From Gemmatimonadaceae bacterium (GTDB lineage Bacteria; Gemmatimonadota; Gemmatimonadetes; Gemmatimonadales; Gemmatimonadaceae), in the NCBI GenBank assembly GCA_045803545.1, contig JBJMOW010000004.1:1120001-1184000 (forward strand): a DNA stretch of 64,000 bases, written 5' to 3'. The translations under genes and the position numbers were made by a program. Shown one piece after another: positions 1-9,784 of the stretch (the first letter of the stretch is position 1; every line of letters starts with the position of its first letter). The notes beneath the pieces are model-generated. The model saw only the letters and a program-made list of their open reading frames with translations, ran no database searches and had not been told where the DNA came from.

Positions 1-301
1 GCGCGTTCGCCGCAATCTCATCGAGCGACATCAGTTGCCGCTCGGTACTGCGGCCGCTCGGGTCACCGATCATGCCAGTTCCACCGCCGACCAGCGCGAT
101 GGGTCTGTGGCCAAAGCGTTGCAAATGCACCAGCCCCATCACTGGCACCAGATTGCCGATGTGGAGACTCGAGGCCGTCGGGTCAAACCCTACATAAGCG
201 GTCACTTCGCTCGTTGCGAGAGCGTCCGCCAAACCGTCCGTGTGTTGGTAGACCATCCCACGCCAGGACAGTTCGTCCACCAGTGATTTTCCTGCGCTCA
301 T
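1..301 (-). CDS. tyrS: Tyrosine--tRNA ligase, N-terminal part (runs off the window)
   Basis: Not in the ORF track. Manual translation from ATG at 301: MSAGKSLVDELSWRGMVYQHT...AYVGFDPTASSLHIGNL...ALVGGGTGMIGDPSGRSTER, with the class I HIGH-like motif and the TyrRS signature. Confidence 0.95.
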   Translation of the reverse strand, partial: MSAGKSLVDELSWRGMVYQHTDGLADALATSEVTAYVGFDPTASSLHIGNLVPVMGLVHLQRFGHRPIALVGGGTGMIGDPSGRSTERQLMSLDEIAANA

Positions 302-370
302 GCGGGGAAGATAGGGACGCACGACCCACGTGTCACCTTGGGTGTATCACAGTTATCTTTTTCACTCCGC

Positions 371-2779
371 ATGGCCGCCGCTTCGACGCCTACTACTACC
401 ACGACGACCAACAAAACCCCGTTCCATAAGCGCCACCCGACCTTCGTTCGCGTGGTGCTGTTGTCTCTTACTTTCCTGATCGCGGTTGGTGTCGGAGCTC
501 TCTACGGCACCTGGTCGCTGATCTGTCGCGGCAGTCAGTGCCCGTCGATCGAAATTCTCGCCGAGTACACGCCGCACCAGACATCCAAGCTGTACGCGAT
601 CGACGGCAGGTTCATCGCCGAGCTTGGACTCGAGAAACGAACGCTGGTCAAGATCGACGAGATCCCGAAACTCGTGCAGGACGCATTTGTCTCGACGGAG
701 GACAAGCGCTTTTATGAGCACGCCGGGATCGACTGGCATCGCGCCGCCAGCGTGCTGATTCGATCGCCGCTCCATGGTTATTCGCAGGGATTCTCCACTA
801 TCACCATGCAGCTTGCGCGTAACGTCTTTCCGGAAAAGATCTCGCGCGAGAAGAGTGTGGTTAGAAAGGTCAAGGAAGCCAAGGTCGCTCGCGCAATCGA
901 AGCCAAGTACGACAAGAAGAAGATACTGGAGTTGTACCTCAATCAAATCGACCTTGGTCACGGCGCTTACGGTGTCGAGACCGCGTCACAGCGCTATTTT
1001 GGAAAATCGGTTCGCGACCTGAACATCGCCGAAGCTGCGACGCTTGCCGCACTGCCGAAGGCGCCGGCGCGCTACAATCCGGTGCGCTTCCCTGAGCGCG
1101 CGATTCAGCGCCGGAATACCGTCATCGAGTTGATGCGTCAGAACGGAAAGATCAGCGACGCCGATGCCAGCCGCGCCAAGGCTTTTCCACTCCAGCTCGC
1201 AAACAAAGTCGCCACCGGTGAGACAGCGCCGTATTTCGTCGAGTGGGTTCGACAGCAGCTCGACGCACAATTCGGCAAGCAGCTTTACGAGCAGGGTCTC
1301 AAGGTCTACACCACGCTCGATCTGGACATGCAAGGCGCTGCCGAGCGCTCAGTCGAGCGTCAGGCGCGCGCGATCGAGGGTGGCCGTTTCGGTCCTTATC
1401 AGCACGAGAGTTACGAGCATTATGTCGCTCACCGCGAGGGTGACGAAGGATCCGGAACGTCACCGTATCTGCAGGGCGCATTTCTCGCGCTCGATCCGCG
1501 TACCGGCGCCGTCCGCGCGATGGTTGGTGGTCGCGACTTCGACGATTCCAAGTTCAATCGCGCAGTACAGGCCAAGCGGCAGCCTGGCTCGACCTTCAAG
1601 CCGATCGTCTACACCGCTGCGATCCAGAACGGCCGTCCGGCGTCGTACATCGTCAACGACAGTCCGTTGGTGCTGCAGGTACCCGGGCAACCGGAGTGGG
1701 CACCGCAGAACTACGATCTGAAATTTCTCGGCGAGATCCCGTTGCGCGAATCGCTTTATCTGTCGCGCAACGTCTCGACCGTTCGACTTGGCATGGAGCT
1801 CGGCGAGCAGACGGTCATAAACGAGGCGCGCAATTTTGGCATCACCACTCCAATTCCGCCGTATCCATCTATCCACATCGGCGCCGCCGAAGTCTATCCG
1901 ATCGAGCTGATCTCGGGCTATACGGCATTCGCCAATCTGGGAGTTCGGGCGACGCCGAACGCGATTCTTCGCGTCGAAAACCAGAAGGGAGAGATTCTCT
2001 GGCAGCCGACGCCGACACGGACCCAGGTGATGTCGCCCGAAGAAGCGTGGATCATGGTCGACATGATGAAGGACGTAATTCGACGTGGATCCGCGGCCGG
2101 AGTCTGGGCTTCTGGCTTCCATTATCCTGCCGGTGGCAAAACCGGAACGACCAACGACGGCACCAACGTCTGGTTCGTCGGCTACACCGCCGACCTCGTG
2201 GCCGGTGTCTGGTTTGGTCTCGATCTCCCGCAGAAAATCAAAGACAACGCGCAAGGCGGTGTGCTCGCCGCACCGGCGTGGACTGCGTTCATGACGGAGA
2301 TCTACCGCCGCAAGCCGATTCCGCCCGACTGGCCCAAGCCAACTTCGATCGTCACGCGCGAGATCGACTTCAGCAGCGGACTGTTGCAGACGCCGTATTG
2401 TCCGCGCAATCTGGTTGGAAGTGAGTTTTACATCTCCGGAACGGAGCCGACGCGCGATTGCGACAAGCACGGACCATATTCACAACAGTTCGGCGTGCCG
2501 CAAATAGACACAGGTCCGTTGCCATTGAACCCGACAGTACCTTCAGGAGGCAACCGGAATCCGGTTAACGTGACGCCGCCTCCACTGCAGCCGGGATACG
2601 AGCCGGTGCCACCGCGCAATCGCACGCCAACGGTATTCGATACGACACACCGCGATAGCGTGGGGCGCCCGACGGTGTTCGATACCACGCGCCGCCGGCC
2701 CACGCGTCGGGATTCAATACCGCGTACTCCGACTGACACCGCGCCACCCCCGGATCGCAGTCCGATCCCAACGCGGTAA
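371..2779 (+). CDS. Class A penicillin-binding protein (PBP1A family)
   Basis: N-terminal TM helix; transglycosylase motifs EDKRFYEHAG and STITMQLARN; transpeptidase motifs STFK, SRN and KTG; Pro/Thr/Arg-rich tail. ATG at 371 preferred to TTG at 338. Confidence 0.95.
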   Translation: MAAASTPTTTTTTNKTPFHKRHPTFVRVVLLSLTFLIAVGVGALYGTWSLICRGSQCPSIEILAEYTPHQTSKLYAIDGRFIAELGLEKRTLVKIDEIPKLVQDAFVSTEDKRFYEHAGIDWHRAASVLIRSPLHGYSQGFSTITMQLARNVFPEKISREKSVVRKVKEAKVARAIEAKYDKKKILELYLNQIDLGHGAYGVETASQRYFGKSVRDLNIAEAATLAALPKAPARYNPVRFPERAIQRRNTVIELMRQNGKISDADASRAKAFPLQLANKVATGETAPYFVEWVRQQLDAQFGKQLYEQGLKVYTTLDLDMQGAAERSVERQARAIEGGRFGPYQHESYEHYVAHREGDEGSGTSPYLQGAFLALDPRTGAVRAMVGGRDFDDSKFNRAVQAKRQPGSTFKPIVYTAAIQNGRPASYIVNDSPLVLQVPGQPEWAPQNYDLKFLGEIPLRESLYLSRNVSTVRLGMELGEQTVINEARNFGITTPIPPYPSIHIGAAEVYPIELISGYTAFANLGVRATPNAILRVENQKGEILWQPTPTRTQVMSPEEAWIMVDMMKDVIRRGSAAGVWASGFHYPAGGKTGTTNDGTNVWFVGYTADLVAGVWFGLDLPQKIKDNAQGGVLAAPAWTAFMTEIYRRKPIPPDWPKPTSIVTREIDFSSGLLQTPYCPRNLVGSEFYISGTEPTRDCDKHGPYSQQFGVPQIDTGPLPLNPTVPSGGNRNPVNVTPPPLQPGYEPVPPRNRTPTVFDTTHRDSVGRPTVFDTTRRRPTRRDSIPRTPTDTAPPPDRSPIPTR

Positions 2780-4128
2780 TGCGCTATCACGCGCGCTGGG
2801 TGCTGCCTATCACCCAGCCGCCAATTGAAAATGGAACCGTCGTCGAGCGAGATGGTCGCATCACTTACGTCGGCCCGCGCGTCGACGCTCCTGCCGGAGA
2901 TGATTACTATCTCGGCGATGCAATCCTGCTGCCTGGGCTCGTAAATACTCACACGCATCTCGAGTTGACCGCGATGCGCGGCTTTCTCGAAGATCTCGAT
3001 TTCGCTGATTGGATCGACAGACTGCGCCAGAGTCGGAACGAGATACTGCAAACGCCGATTCTTCTCGATTCAGCACGCGTGGGAATTCTCGAGGGGCTCG
3101 AGGCCGGTATCACTACCTACGCCGACACCTGCTCCAGTGGCGTCGCGATGCAGGCAATGCGCGAGCTGGGCGTACGCGGCGTGATGTATCAGGAGACCTT
3201 CGGGCCCGATCCGGCGGCATCTGACGCCGCGATTCAGGCACTGGAGTCGTTCCTCGACACGCACGGCTCTCAGCAAACCGACCTCGTAAAGCTGGGCGTC
3301 TCGCCGCACGCTCCATACACGGTGTCCGATTCGCTCTACAAGGCGACGGCCAGACTCGCGCGCGAGCGTGGGCTTCCGCTCGCGATGCACATTGCGGAGA
3401 GCGACGCGGAAGAGGAGCTCGTGGTGCGGGGCGGGGGACCGTTCGCCGATCGCTGGCGCAAACGCGGCATCGAAGTGAGAAAACGCGCGCGCTCACCGAT
3501 CGCACTCCTCGAGAATCAGGACGTGCTTCAGCCCGGATCACTGCTGATTCACTGCGTTCGCGTCGATGACGAGGACATCAAGACAATCGCTCGGCGCGGC
3601 TGCTCAGTTGCGCACTGTCCCGCCTCGAACGCGAAGTTCGGTCACGGCGTTGCGCCGCTGCTACCGATGATTGCAGCCGGAATTTCAGTCGGCATCGGCT
3701 CCGATTCGGTCGCCAGCAACAACCGGATGGATATTCTCGATGAGGCCCGCCTCGCCGTGCTCACCCATCGGGCTGCATCCCGCCGACACGACGCTTTCGG
3801 CGCGCACCAGGCGCTCGCACTCGCAACCATCGGCGGAGCACAGGCATTGGGCATTGACGACAAAGTCGGTTCACTCGAAATGGGGAAGGAGGCCGATCTC
3901 GCTGCTTTCAAGGTCGACATCGCCCGCACCACACCCATCGGCGATCCCTATTCAGCGGCGATCTTCGCGCTTCCCGGTCGCTCCGCCGAGCTGGTGATAG
4001 TGAAAGGCAAGGTTCTGGTTGAGCACGGCCGCGCACGCGCAGCCGACCCGCGTCTCACTGAACGCGTGCAAGTAGCCGGTGCGGCGTTAGCCGAATGGGG
4101 CCCCAAACAAGGCCGTACGCCTGTATGA
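2779..4128 (+). CDS. Metal-dependent amidohydrolase (MTA/SAH deaminase-like)
   Basis: PGLVNTHTH (HxH), SPHAPY, MHIAES, HCPASN, GSDS and GSLEMGKEADL motifs; overlaps the upstream stop codon (TAATG). Confidence 0.9.
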   Translation: MRYHARWVLPITQPPIENGTVVERDGRITYVGPRVDAPAGDDYYLGDAILLPGLVNTHTHLELTAMRGFLEDLDFADWIDRLRQSRNEILQTPILLDSARVGILEGLEAGITTYADTCSSGVAMQAMRELGVRGVMYQETFGPDPAASDAAIQALESFLDTHGSQQTDLVKLGVSPHAPYTVSDSLYKATARLARERGLPLAMHIAESDAEEELVVRGGGPFADRWRKRGIEVRKRARSPIALLENQDVLQPGSLLIHCVRVDDEDIKTIARRGCSVAHCPASNAKFGHGVAPLLPMIAAGISVGIGSDSVASNNRMDILDEARLAVLTHRAASRRHDAFGAHQALALATIGGAQALGIDDKVGSLEMGKEADLAAFKVDIARTTPIGDPYSAAIFALPGRSAELVIVKGKVLVEHGRARAADPRLTERVQVAGAALAEWGPKQGRTPV

Positions 4129-4277
4129 CAACTGCATCCTGAGATCTGAGCATTCTCTGCCAACTCCCACCTTTGGTTGACAGTCTCGAGGCAACGCTCC
4201 GATGCCAGCCGCGGAGAAGTAGCGAACAGCCCTCCCCCCCGGGTATCTTCAACTCTCCTCCTCAAGGATCCAGTTCA

Positions 4278-5276
4278 ATGGCGGTCGACAACCACCACCG
4301 CATCTGGCGCGACGGAAAGTTCGTTGATTGGGAAGACGCGACGATTCACGTCATGAGTCACGTCGTCCACTACGGTTCCAGCGTCTTTGAGGGAATACGC
4401 TGTTACGAGACCCCAAACGGCCCGGCCGTTTTTCGACTTGGCGCGCACATGCGGCGATTCGCTGATTCCTGCCGAATTTACCGCATGCCACTCACCTACT
4501 CGGGCGAAGATCTGTCCAGAGCCGCAGTCGAAACAGTCGCGGAGAATAACCTTCCGCACTGCTACCTGCGGCCCGTTGCTATCAGAACTGGCGAGCAGAT
4601 GGGTGTGCTGCCGCACGACACCCCGCTCGAGGTGTTCATTATCCCATGGACCTGGGGCACCTATCTTGGCGCCGACGCGCTCAAGAACGGCGCCGACGTC
4701 TGCGTCTCGAGCTGGAGACGACCTGCACCGGACACGATTCCTACGCTGGCGAAAGCCGGCGGGAATTACCTCGGCGGGCAGCTATCCAAAATGCAGGCAC
4801 GCGTCGACAACTACGTCGAAGGCATCATGCTCGACTCATTTGGTCATGTGTCAGAGGGCAGCGGCGAGAACCTGTTCCTCGTGCGTGACGGCAAACTATT
4901 TACGTCGACGATTTCATCGGGCATACTGCACGGCGTGACGCGCGATTCGGTGATGCAGATCGCACGTGATATGGGGATCGAGATCGTTGAAGGCTCGATT
5001 CCGCGTGAAATGCTCTACATCGCTGACGAATTGTTCTTCACCGGAACGGCTGCTGAGATTACGCCGATCCGGTCAGTGGACCGTATTCCGGTTGGTCCTG
5101 GCAAGCCAGGTCAGATAACCCTGGCGATCCAGCGCGAGTACATGGGTCTCGCTCAGGGAACGCTGGAAGATCGTTACGGCTGGCTGACCCCAGTGCCCAC
5201 GCGTCAGCCGTCGTCGACCGGCACACGCAAGGTCAGAAGGGAGCCGGTTGGAGATATGTCCGCCTCGGCGTTTTAG
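4278..5276 (+). CDS. ilvE: Branched-chain amino acid aminotransferase
   Basis: HYGSSVFEGIRCY, KAGGNY (PLP Lys), EGSGENLF and GTAAEITP motifs; AAGGA RBS before ATG 4278. Confidence 0.95.
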   Translation: MAVDNHHRIWRDGKFVDWEDATIHVMSHVVHYGSSVFEGIRCYETPNGPAVFRLGAHMRRFADSCRIYRMPLTYSGEDLSRAAVETVAENNLPHCYLRPVAIRTGEQMGVLPHDTPLEVFIIPWTWGTYLGADALKNGADVCVSSWRRPAPDTIPTLAKAGGNYLGGQLSKMQARVDNYVEGIMLDSFGHVSEGSGENLFLVRDGKLFTSTISSGILHGVTRDSVMQIARDMGIEIVEGSIPREMLYIADELFFTGTAAEITPIRSVDRIPVGPGKPGQITLAIQREYMGLAQGTLEDRYGWLTPVPTRQPSSTGTRKVRREPVGDMSASAF

Positions 5277-5378
5277 GTAACGCCAACGCCGAGCCGGTCG
5301 TCGGTATATAGACGCCAGACGTAACCTGTTGGTGTAGTACCAGCTGTATATTTTGGTGGGTTTGCCCGGGAGGAGTGC

Positions 5379-5984
5379 TTGATCGTTGGTTGTCTGGCAC
5401 TGAATGCATCGTTTGAGCCGTTGACGATGGTACCGCTTCGCCGCGCTTTGCGGCTCGTCATCGACGGCAAAGCGGAAATCGTCGAAGCGGATTCTGATCG
5501 CGTCGTTCGATCAGAGAAGTTGACCCTGCCGCGTCCCGCCGTGATACGGCTGATGCGCTTCATCCACGTTCCGCGTCGCTTCCGCCGTCAGGTTACCAAC
5601 ACCTTCTTGTTCGCGCGGGATCGTTACCGCTGCCAGTACTGCGGCCGACTCCAGATCGAGCTCAAGCCGCGCGAGTCACTCACGCGCGACCATCTGATCC
5701 CTTTGTCGCGTGGCGGCACCAATGATTGGGGCAACGTGGTCACTGCCTGCAGCCCGTGCAACACTCGAAAGGCTAACAATCTGCCAAACGAGATTGGCAT
5801 GCATCCGTTGCACGCGCCGGTCGAGCCGCACTTCGTCCATCTGAGCTGGGCGGTGCGCCGGCTCACCCCAACTCAGGCGAAGTACATCCGCATTTTCTAC
5901 GGCGAAGAGACGCTACACCACCTCGAAGATCTCGAACACCGACACGCCGCCAACCCACAGCACGGCCACCACAAAGTCGTATAG
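5379..5984 (+). CDS. HNH endonuclease (McrA-like)
   Basis: LALNASFEPL start; RD..RCQYCG, DHLIPLSRGG and NVVTACSPCN motifs; GGAGG RBS before TTG. Confidence 0.9.
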   Translation: MIVGCLALNASFEPLTMVPLRRALRLVIDGKAEIVEADSDRVVRSEKLTLPRPAVIRLMRFIHVPRRFRRQVTNTFLFARDRYRCQYCGRLQIELKPRESLTRDHLIPLSRGGTNDWGNVVTACSPCNTRKANNLPNEIGMHPLHAPVEPHFVHLSWAVRRLTPTQAKYIRIFYGEETLHHLEDLEHRHAANPQHGHHKVV

Positions 5985-5985
5985 T

Positions 5986-6666
5986 CTACGGCCTGAACGT
6001 CCCCGTTCTCGCCTCGTAGTGGCGCTTCTCTCCGCCGAGTAGTCGCACAATGAGAGTCCTGACCCCGCGACCGATTGCAGTCCCGGGGTTTTTCTTTCCG
6101 CTGACCGCCGGCTTCAGCTCACCCCTCAACCAACGATTCACCTCGTCGAGATCGCTTAGCGACAGCGTCTCGACATCCAGCAGCAAGTTGTAGTAGCCCC
6201 TCGCTCCCTTCTTGGGCAGTGAGATGTCCACCCGATAAGCGCCCTCGACTGCGTTCTCGGCGTCAGCGGCTTCGACGTACTCACCCAGCGACTGCGGCTT
6301 GTTGTTGATCAGTCGCACAACCTGGTACTTCTTGCCGAGCACGTCGTATTTCATGACGACATCCCACTCGGCGGCTGCTTTCAGATCGTCGAACCATCTT
6401 CCCGATTGCCACCGTTCGAGACGATAGTGCAACCGGGCAGGGAATCCGTTCGCCAGGAGGTCGCGCATCGCCGCATCGGCCAACAGTCCGGACGACGTTA
6501 CTGAGGGTGGCTCGTCTCCCCACGCGCTACCCGGCGGAGGCAGTACCTCGAGACGTGCTTTCTGCGCGACCAGCGGAGATGCGAACGCCAGCAGCGACAG
6601 CGCGAACGCTGCCACTCTCGAACGACTGAAAACAGTTCCGCGACCGTGAACCATCATTCGCCGCAC
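5986..6666 (-). CDS. Exported hypothetical protein, DUF4390-like
   Basis: Signal-peptide-like N-terminus; 'LLANGFPARLHYRLE...VMKYDVLGKKYQV' pattern resembles DUF4390; start overlaps the upstream stop. Confidence 0.55.
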   Translation of the reverse strand: MRRMMVHGRGTVFSRSRVAAFALSLLAFASPLVAQKARLEVLPPPGSAWGDEPPSVTSSGLLADAAMRDLLANGFPARLHYRLERWQSGRWFDDLKAAAEWDVVMKYDVLGKKYQVVRLINNKPQSLGEYVEAADAENAVEGAYRVDISLPKKGARGYYNLLLDVETLSLSDLDEVNRWLRGELKPAVSGKKNPGTAIGRGVRTLIVRLLGGEKRHYEARTGTFRP

Positions 6667-8030
6667 TAGAATCGCCGGTGCACTCTGAGAAATACGTTGG
6701 CCGGCTCTTTCGAGCTCGACACTGCTTTCGCGACGTACACGCCGATAATGCCGAGATCGAGTCCGAGCCCGACGTCAGTGCGGAACGTTCCGAAGCGGGG
6801 AAAGCTGTTTGACGAGTATTGCAACGTTCCCGATGGCTGCCCGACCAGCCATCCACGCCCTGCATCGACGAATGCAACGATCGTCGGCTGCACAGTGAAT
6901 CCGATGCCTCGCAGCCGGATCGGGCGCGAGTTCAGAAAATCCAGCAGTGCTGAATGCAGCTCCTGTCGATACTCAAGCTGCGCCAGCGCTACACGCTCGC
7001 ATTGCGCGGGATTTCCGGCAGGAATCGTGACTCCACCGCTGCACTCCGATACGTCAACGGGACCCTCGTATTTCCGGAAATCGAATCCGGGTACGGTCCC
7101 GATTCCCCCAACCGAAAATCTTCGCTGCAGCGGAAGGTCATCTCCGCTCAGCCAACCGCCCAGCACCAGGCGTCCGTTGATCCAGGTTGTCGGTGATAGC
7201 CGGTTATAGCGGCGGAGATCCAACAGGCCGCGGCCGTAGCTCACATGTGGCGTCGTCGGCGTCCGTGCGATTGGCGTCGTCAACCCGAAGTCGGTGATGT
7301 CGCCGATTCCATGCTCATACTCGGCCTGAATCAGCCATCCTGTCGACGGATTGACCTGATCGTTTCTGGTGTCGACATTGGCGCGCAACACGCCGATGTG
7401 AAAGCGACCCGCATCGAGCGTCGGGTTCGGCCGCCACGCTTTGCCGTTGCCAAACACGGAGAATACCCGCCGCGCATCGGGAGACGCCCACCGCTCATCG
7501 CTGAAGTCGATCGACAGGCTGCTGCGCGCGCTCATGTTGAATGACGCGGTGGCCATTGCGCCGTGTCTGTTGTACCAATCGCGGAAATCGCGATGACCGA
7601 AAAAGGCAGCCAGCCCTGCATCGGGGTCGGGGAGATGCCACGGCTCGACCGCTGCCATCACGTCGTAGGAAGACAATCCCAGGCCGTACCCGCGCCCGCG
7701 TCCCACGCGCACGTCGGCCGTAGCTCGATGTCCGAGATTCTGATTGTCCCAATGAAAGGTGTTCGCACTGCGGATGATACCGAGGACTGACGCATTGATC
7801 TGCGCCGCGCCGGCGCTGTCGTGAAACACCGGGCCAAAGAGAACCGGCAGTCCTTCGACCCTGTTGTAAGTCTTGCCGGAGCTGAGTATCAGCCCGCTGC
7901 TACGACTCGTCCTCGCCCACCAGCCGTAGTGTTCGGAGAGCGTGTCGTTCGCGGATGTATCCGGAATTTGCCCAAACGCCGGCCCGGCCAGCATAACCAC
8001 TGCACACATCCCATAGATCCCACGAATCAT
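6666..8030 (-). CDS. Outer-membrane beta-barrel protein (BamA/TamA-like barrel)
   Basis: Signal peptide; amphipathic beta-strands; 'QRRFSVGGIGTVPGF' resembles the Omp85 loop 6 motif; C-terminal Phe. Confidence 0.7.
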   Translation of the reverse strand: MIRGIYGMCAVVMLAGPAFGQIPDTSANDTLSEHYGWWARTSRSSGLILSSGKTYNRVEGLPVLFGPVFHDSAGAAQINASVLGIIRSANTFHWDNQNLGHRATADVRVGRGRGYGLGLSSYDVMAAVEPWHLPDPDAGLAAFFGHRDFRDWYNRHGAMATASFNMSARSSLSIDFSDERWASPDARRVFSVFGNGKAWRPNPTLDAGRFHIGVLRANVDTRNDQVNPSTGWLIQAEYEHGIGDITDFGLTTPIARTPTTPHVSYGRGLLDLRRYNRLSPTTWINGRLVLGGWLSGDDLPLQRRFSVGGIGTVPGFDFRKYEGPVDVSECSGGVTIPAGNPAQCERVALAQLEYRQELHSALLDFLNSRPIRLRGIGFTVQPTIVAFVDAGRGWLVGQPSGTLQYSSNSFPRFGTFRTDVGLGLDLGIIGVYVAKAVSSSKEPANVFLRVHRRF

Positions 8031-9484
8031 GCGCTTTCCCCCTCGCGCCTTCCGCCTCCCGCCTCCCGCATCCCCCGTCCGGCGTCTCGCCCCATCCCGA
8101 GCCGCTTCATTCGGCGATAAAGATTAGGCCGGTCGGTTTGAAGCCTGCGCGCTGCGTCGGCGACATTGCCGCTGGCCTCGGCGAGCGCGCGCGCGATCAC
8201 AGTGCGCTCGAAAGTGTCCATTCGGTCCGCAAGCGAAACCGGACCGCGCGCTGCTTCGCTCGTTGCTGCAACTCTATCCCGGGCGTGTGTCGGCGTTGTA
8301 ACAGGCTGCTCCTCTTCGCGATCGACGATCAACACGTCTTCTACCTGCTGGCCCGTCATTTCGGCGCCCGGATGCAGGATCGCGAGTCGTTCTACGATGT
8401 TCGCCAGTTCGCGGACGTTGCCCGGCCACGGATAATCCCGCAACAGCTGCAGGGCGTCGCTTCTCCAGCGCGGCTTCGCCTGTCCCGTTCGCTGCAGGAA
8501 CTGCTCGGAGAAATGCTCGACCAGTTCCAGAATGTCATCGCCACGCTCGCGCAGCGGTGGAATCGCCAGTGGAATCACCTGCAGCCGAAAGAAAAGATCC
8601 TCGCGGAACGTGCTCGCCTTTACCGCGCGCTGGAGATCGTGATTTGTCGCCGAGATGATCCGCACGTCGGTTCTGATTACGCGATTCCCGCCGACCCGTT
8701 GAATCTCCTGTCCCTCGATCGCGCGCAGCAACTTGGCCTGTGCATCCGGGCCGAGATCGCCAACCTCGTCGAGAAAGAGCGTACCGCGATGCGCGAGCTC
8801 GAAGCGCCCGATTCGCATTTGCGTGGCTCCGGTGAACGCGCCCCGCTCATGTCCGAACATCTCGCTCTCGACGAGATCCCTCGGAATCGCGGCGCAGTTC
8901 ACGCGCACAAACGGTTTGTCGCGGCGCGGACTCGCGTCGTGAATGGCGCTTGCGACCAGCTCCTTCCCCGTGCCGGACTCTCCGGTAATCAGAACCCGGG
9001 CATCAGTCGGCGCGACCCGCGCGATGAGCTGCCGCACGCTTCCCATCGCGGGACTATCACCCACCATCTGCCCTGCGAATCCGAGCTCCGCGCGCAGCTG
9101 CCGCGCTACGCGACGAGTCTGTCGAAGCTCCAAGGCCGAGGATACAGCGAGCAGGACGCCTTCAGGCGACAGCGGCTTCTCCAGGAAGTTGAAAGCGCCG
9201 AGCTTGGTCGCCTTTACGGCGTCGGCGAGGCCGGCGCGACCGCTCATCATGATGACGGGGAGGTCCGGCGCGATTTCCCTGAGTCTCGCTAAGGTCGCCA
9301 TGCCGTCGAGATCTCCCGGCATCATCAGGTCGATCAACGCTACGTCGGGCTCGGTCTCCTTCACGCGGGCTACCGCTTCGACACCGCTCGGTGTCTCCGC
9401 GACCTCAAAGCCTTCGACGCTGAGCAGCGCGCCGACCATTCGCCGAATATTCAGCTCATCGTCGGCGATCAGAACTATCGGCAC
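8027..9484 (-). CDS. Sigma-54-dependent response regulator (NtrC/NtrX family)
   Basis: Receiver domain (ADDE, D54, KP); AAA+ motifs GESGTGKE, GAFTGA, LFLDE and WPGNVREL; Fis-type HTH. Confidence 0.95.
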   Translation of the reverse strand: MPIVLIADDELNIRRMVGALLSVEGFEVAETPSGVEAVARVKETEPDVALIDLMMPGDLDGMATLARLREIAPDLPVIMMSGRAGLADAVKATKLGAFNFLEKPLSPEGVLLAVSSALELRQTRRVARQLRAELGFAGQMVGDSPAMGSVRQLIARVAPTDARVLITGESGTGKELVASAIHDASPRRDKPFVRVNCAAIPRDLVESEMFGHERGAFTGATQMRIGRFELAHRGTLFLDEVGDLGPDAQAKLLRAIEGQEIQRVGGNRVIRTDVRIISATNHDLQRAVKASTFREDLFFRLQVIPLAIPPLRERGDDILELVEHFSEQFLQRTGQAKPRWRSDALQLLRDYPWPGNVRELANIVERLAILHPGAEMTGQQVEDVLIVDREEEQPVTTPTHARDRVAATSEAARGPVSLADRMDTFERTVIARALAEASGNVADAARRLQTDRPNLYRRMKRLGMGRDAGRGMREAGGGRREGESA

Positions 9485-9784
9485 TCAGGAGCGGTTCTGG
9501 GTGCCGGCGCCGGCGGACGAAGCGGGTGCGATGATCGGGTTCCTTGCTTCGGAGAGCAGCTTGGTTGTGAACCGCTGGCCTTCCGAGATCCGCTCGACCT
9601 CGATTGCTACTGCTTCGATTGCCTGCTCGATGCGCTCGAGTCGACCTGTAACTTCGGGTGGAACGCGCGGATTCTTCGCCTCTGAATCCAGCCGTCGGGT
9701 GTACGCGCGAGCGACGGGAACGCCTATCGCGAGGATGATGGCGGTCGCCATTCCACCGAGCGGAACGACTATCTCTGGTCCCAT
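9485..9784 (-). CDS. Small single-pass membrane protein with coiled coil
   Basis: N-terminal hydrophobic helix, then 'RLERIEQAIEAVAIEVERISEGQRF'; abuts the kinase and regulator genes with no gap. Confidence 0.75.
   Translation of the reverse strand: MGPEIVVPLGGMATAIILAIGVPVARAYTRRLDSEAKNPRVPPEVTGRLERIEQAIEAVAIEVERISEGQRFTTKLLSEARNPIIAPASSAGAGTQNRS

Noticed and set aside
4129..4277. T-box or attenuator upstream of ilvE, or of tyrS at 302-370
   Set aside because: No T-box consensus, leader peptide or terminator; the tyrS intergenic region is too short.
5379..5984. HNH nuclease as a Cas9/IscB, homing or defence element
   Set aside because: Stand-alone McrA-like protein of a widespread family; no RuvC domain, intron, array or methylase alongside.
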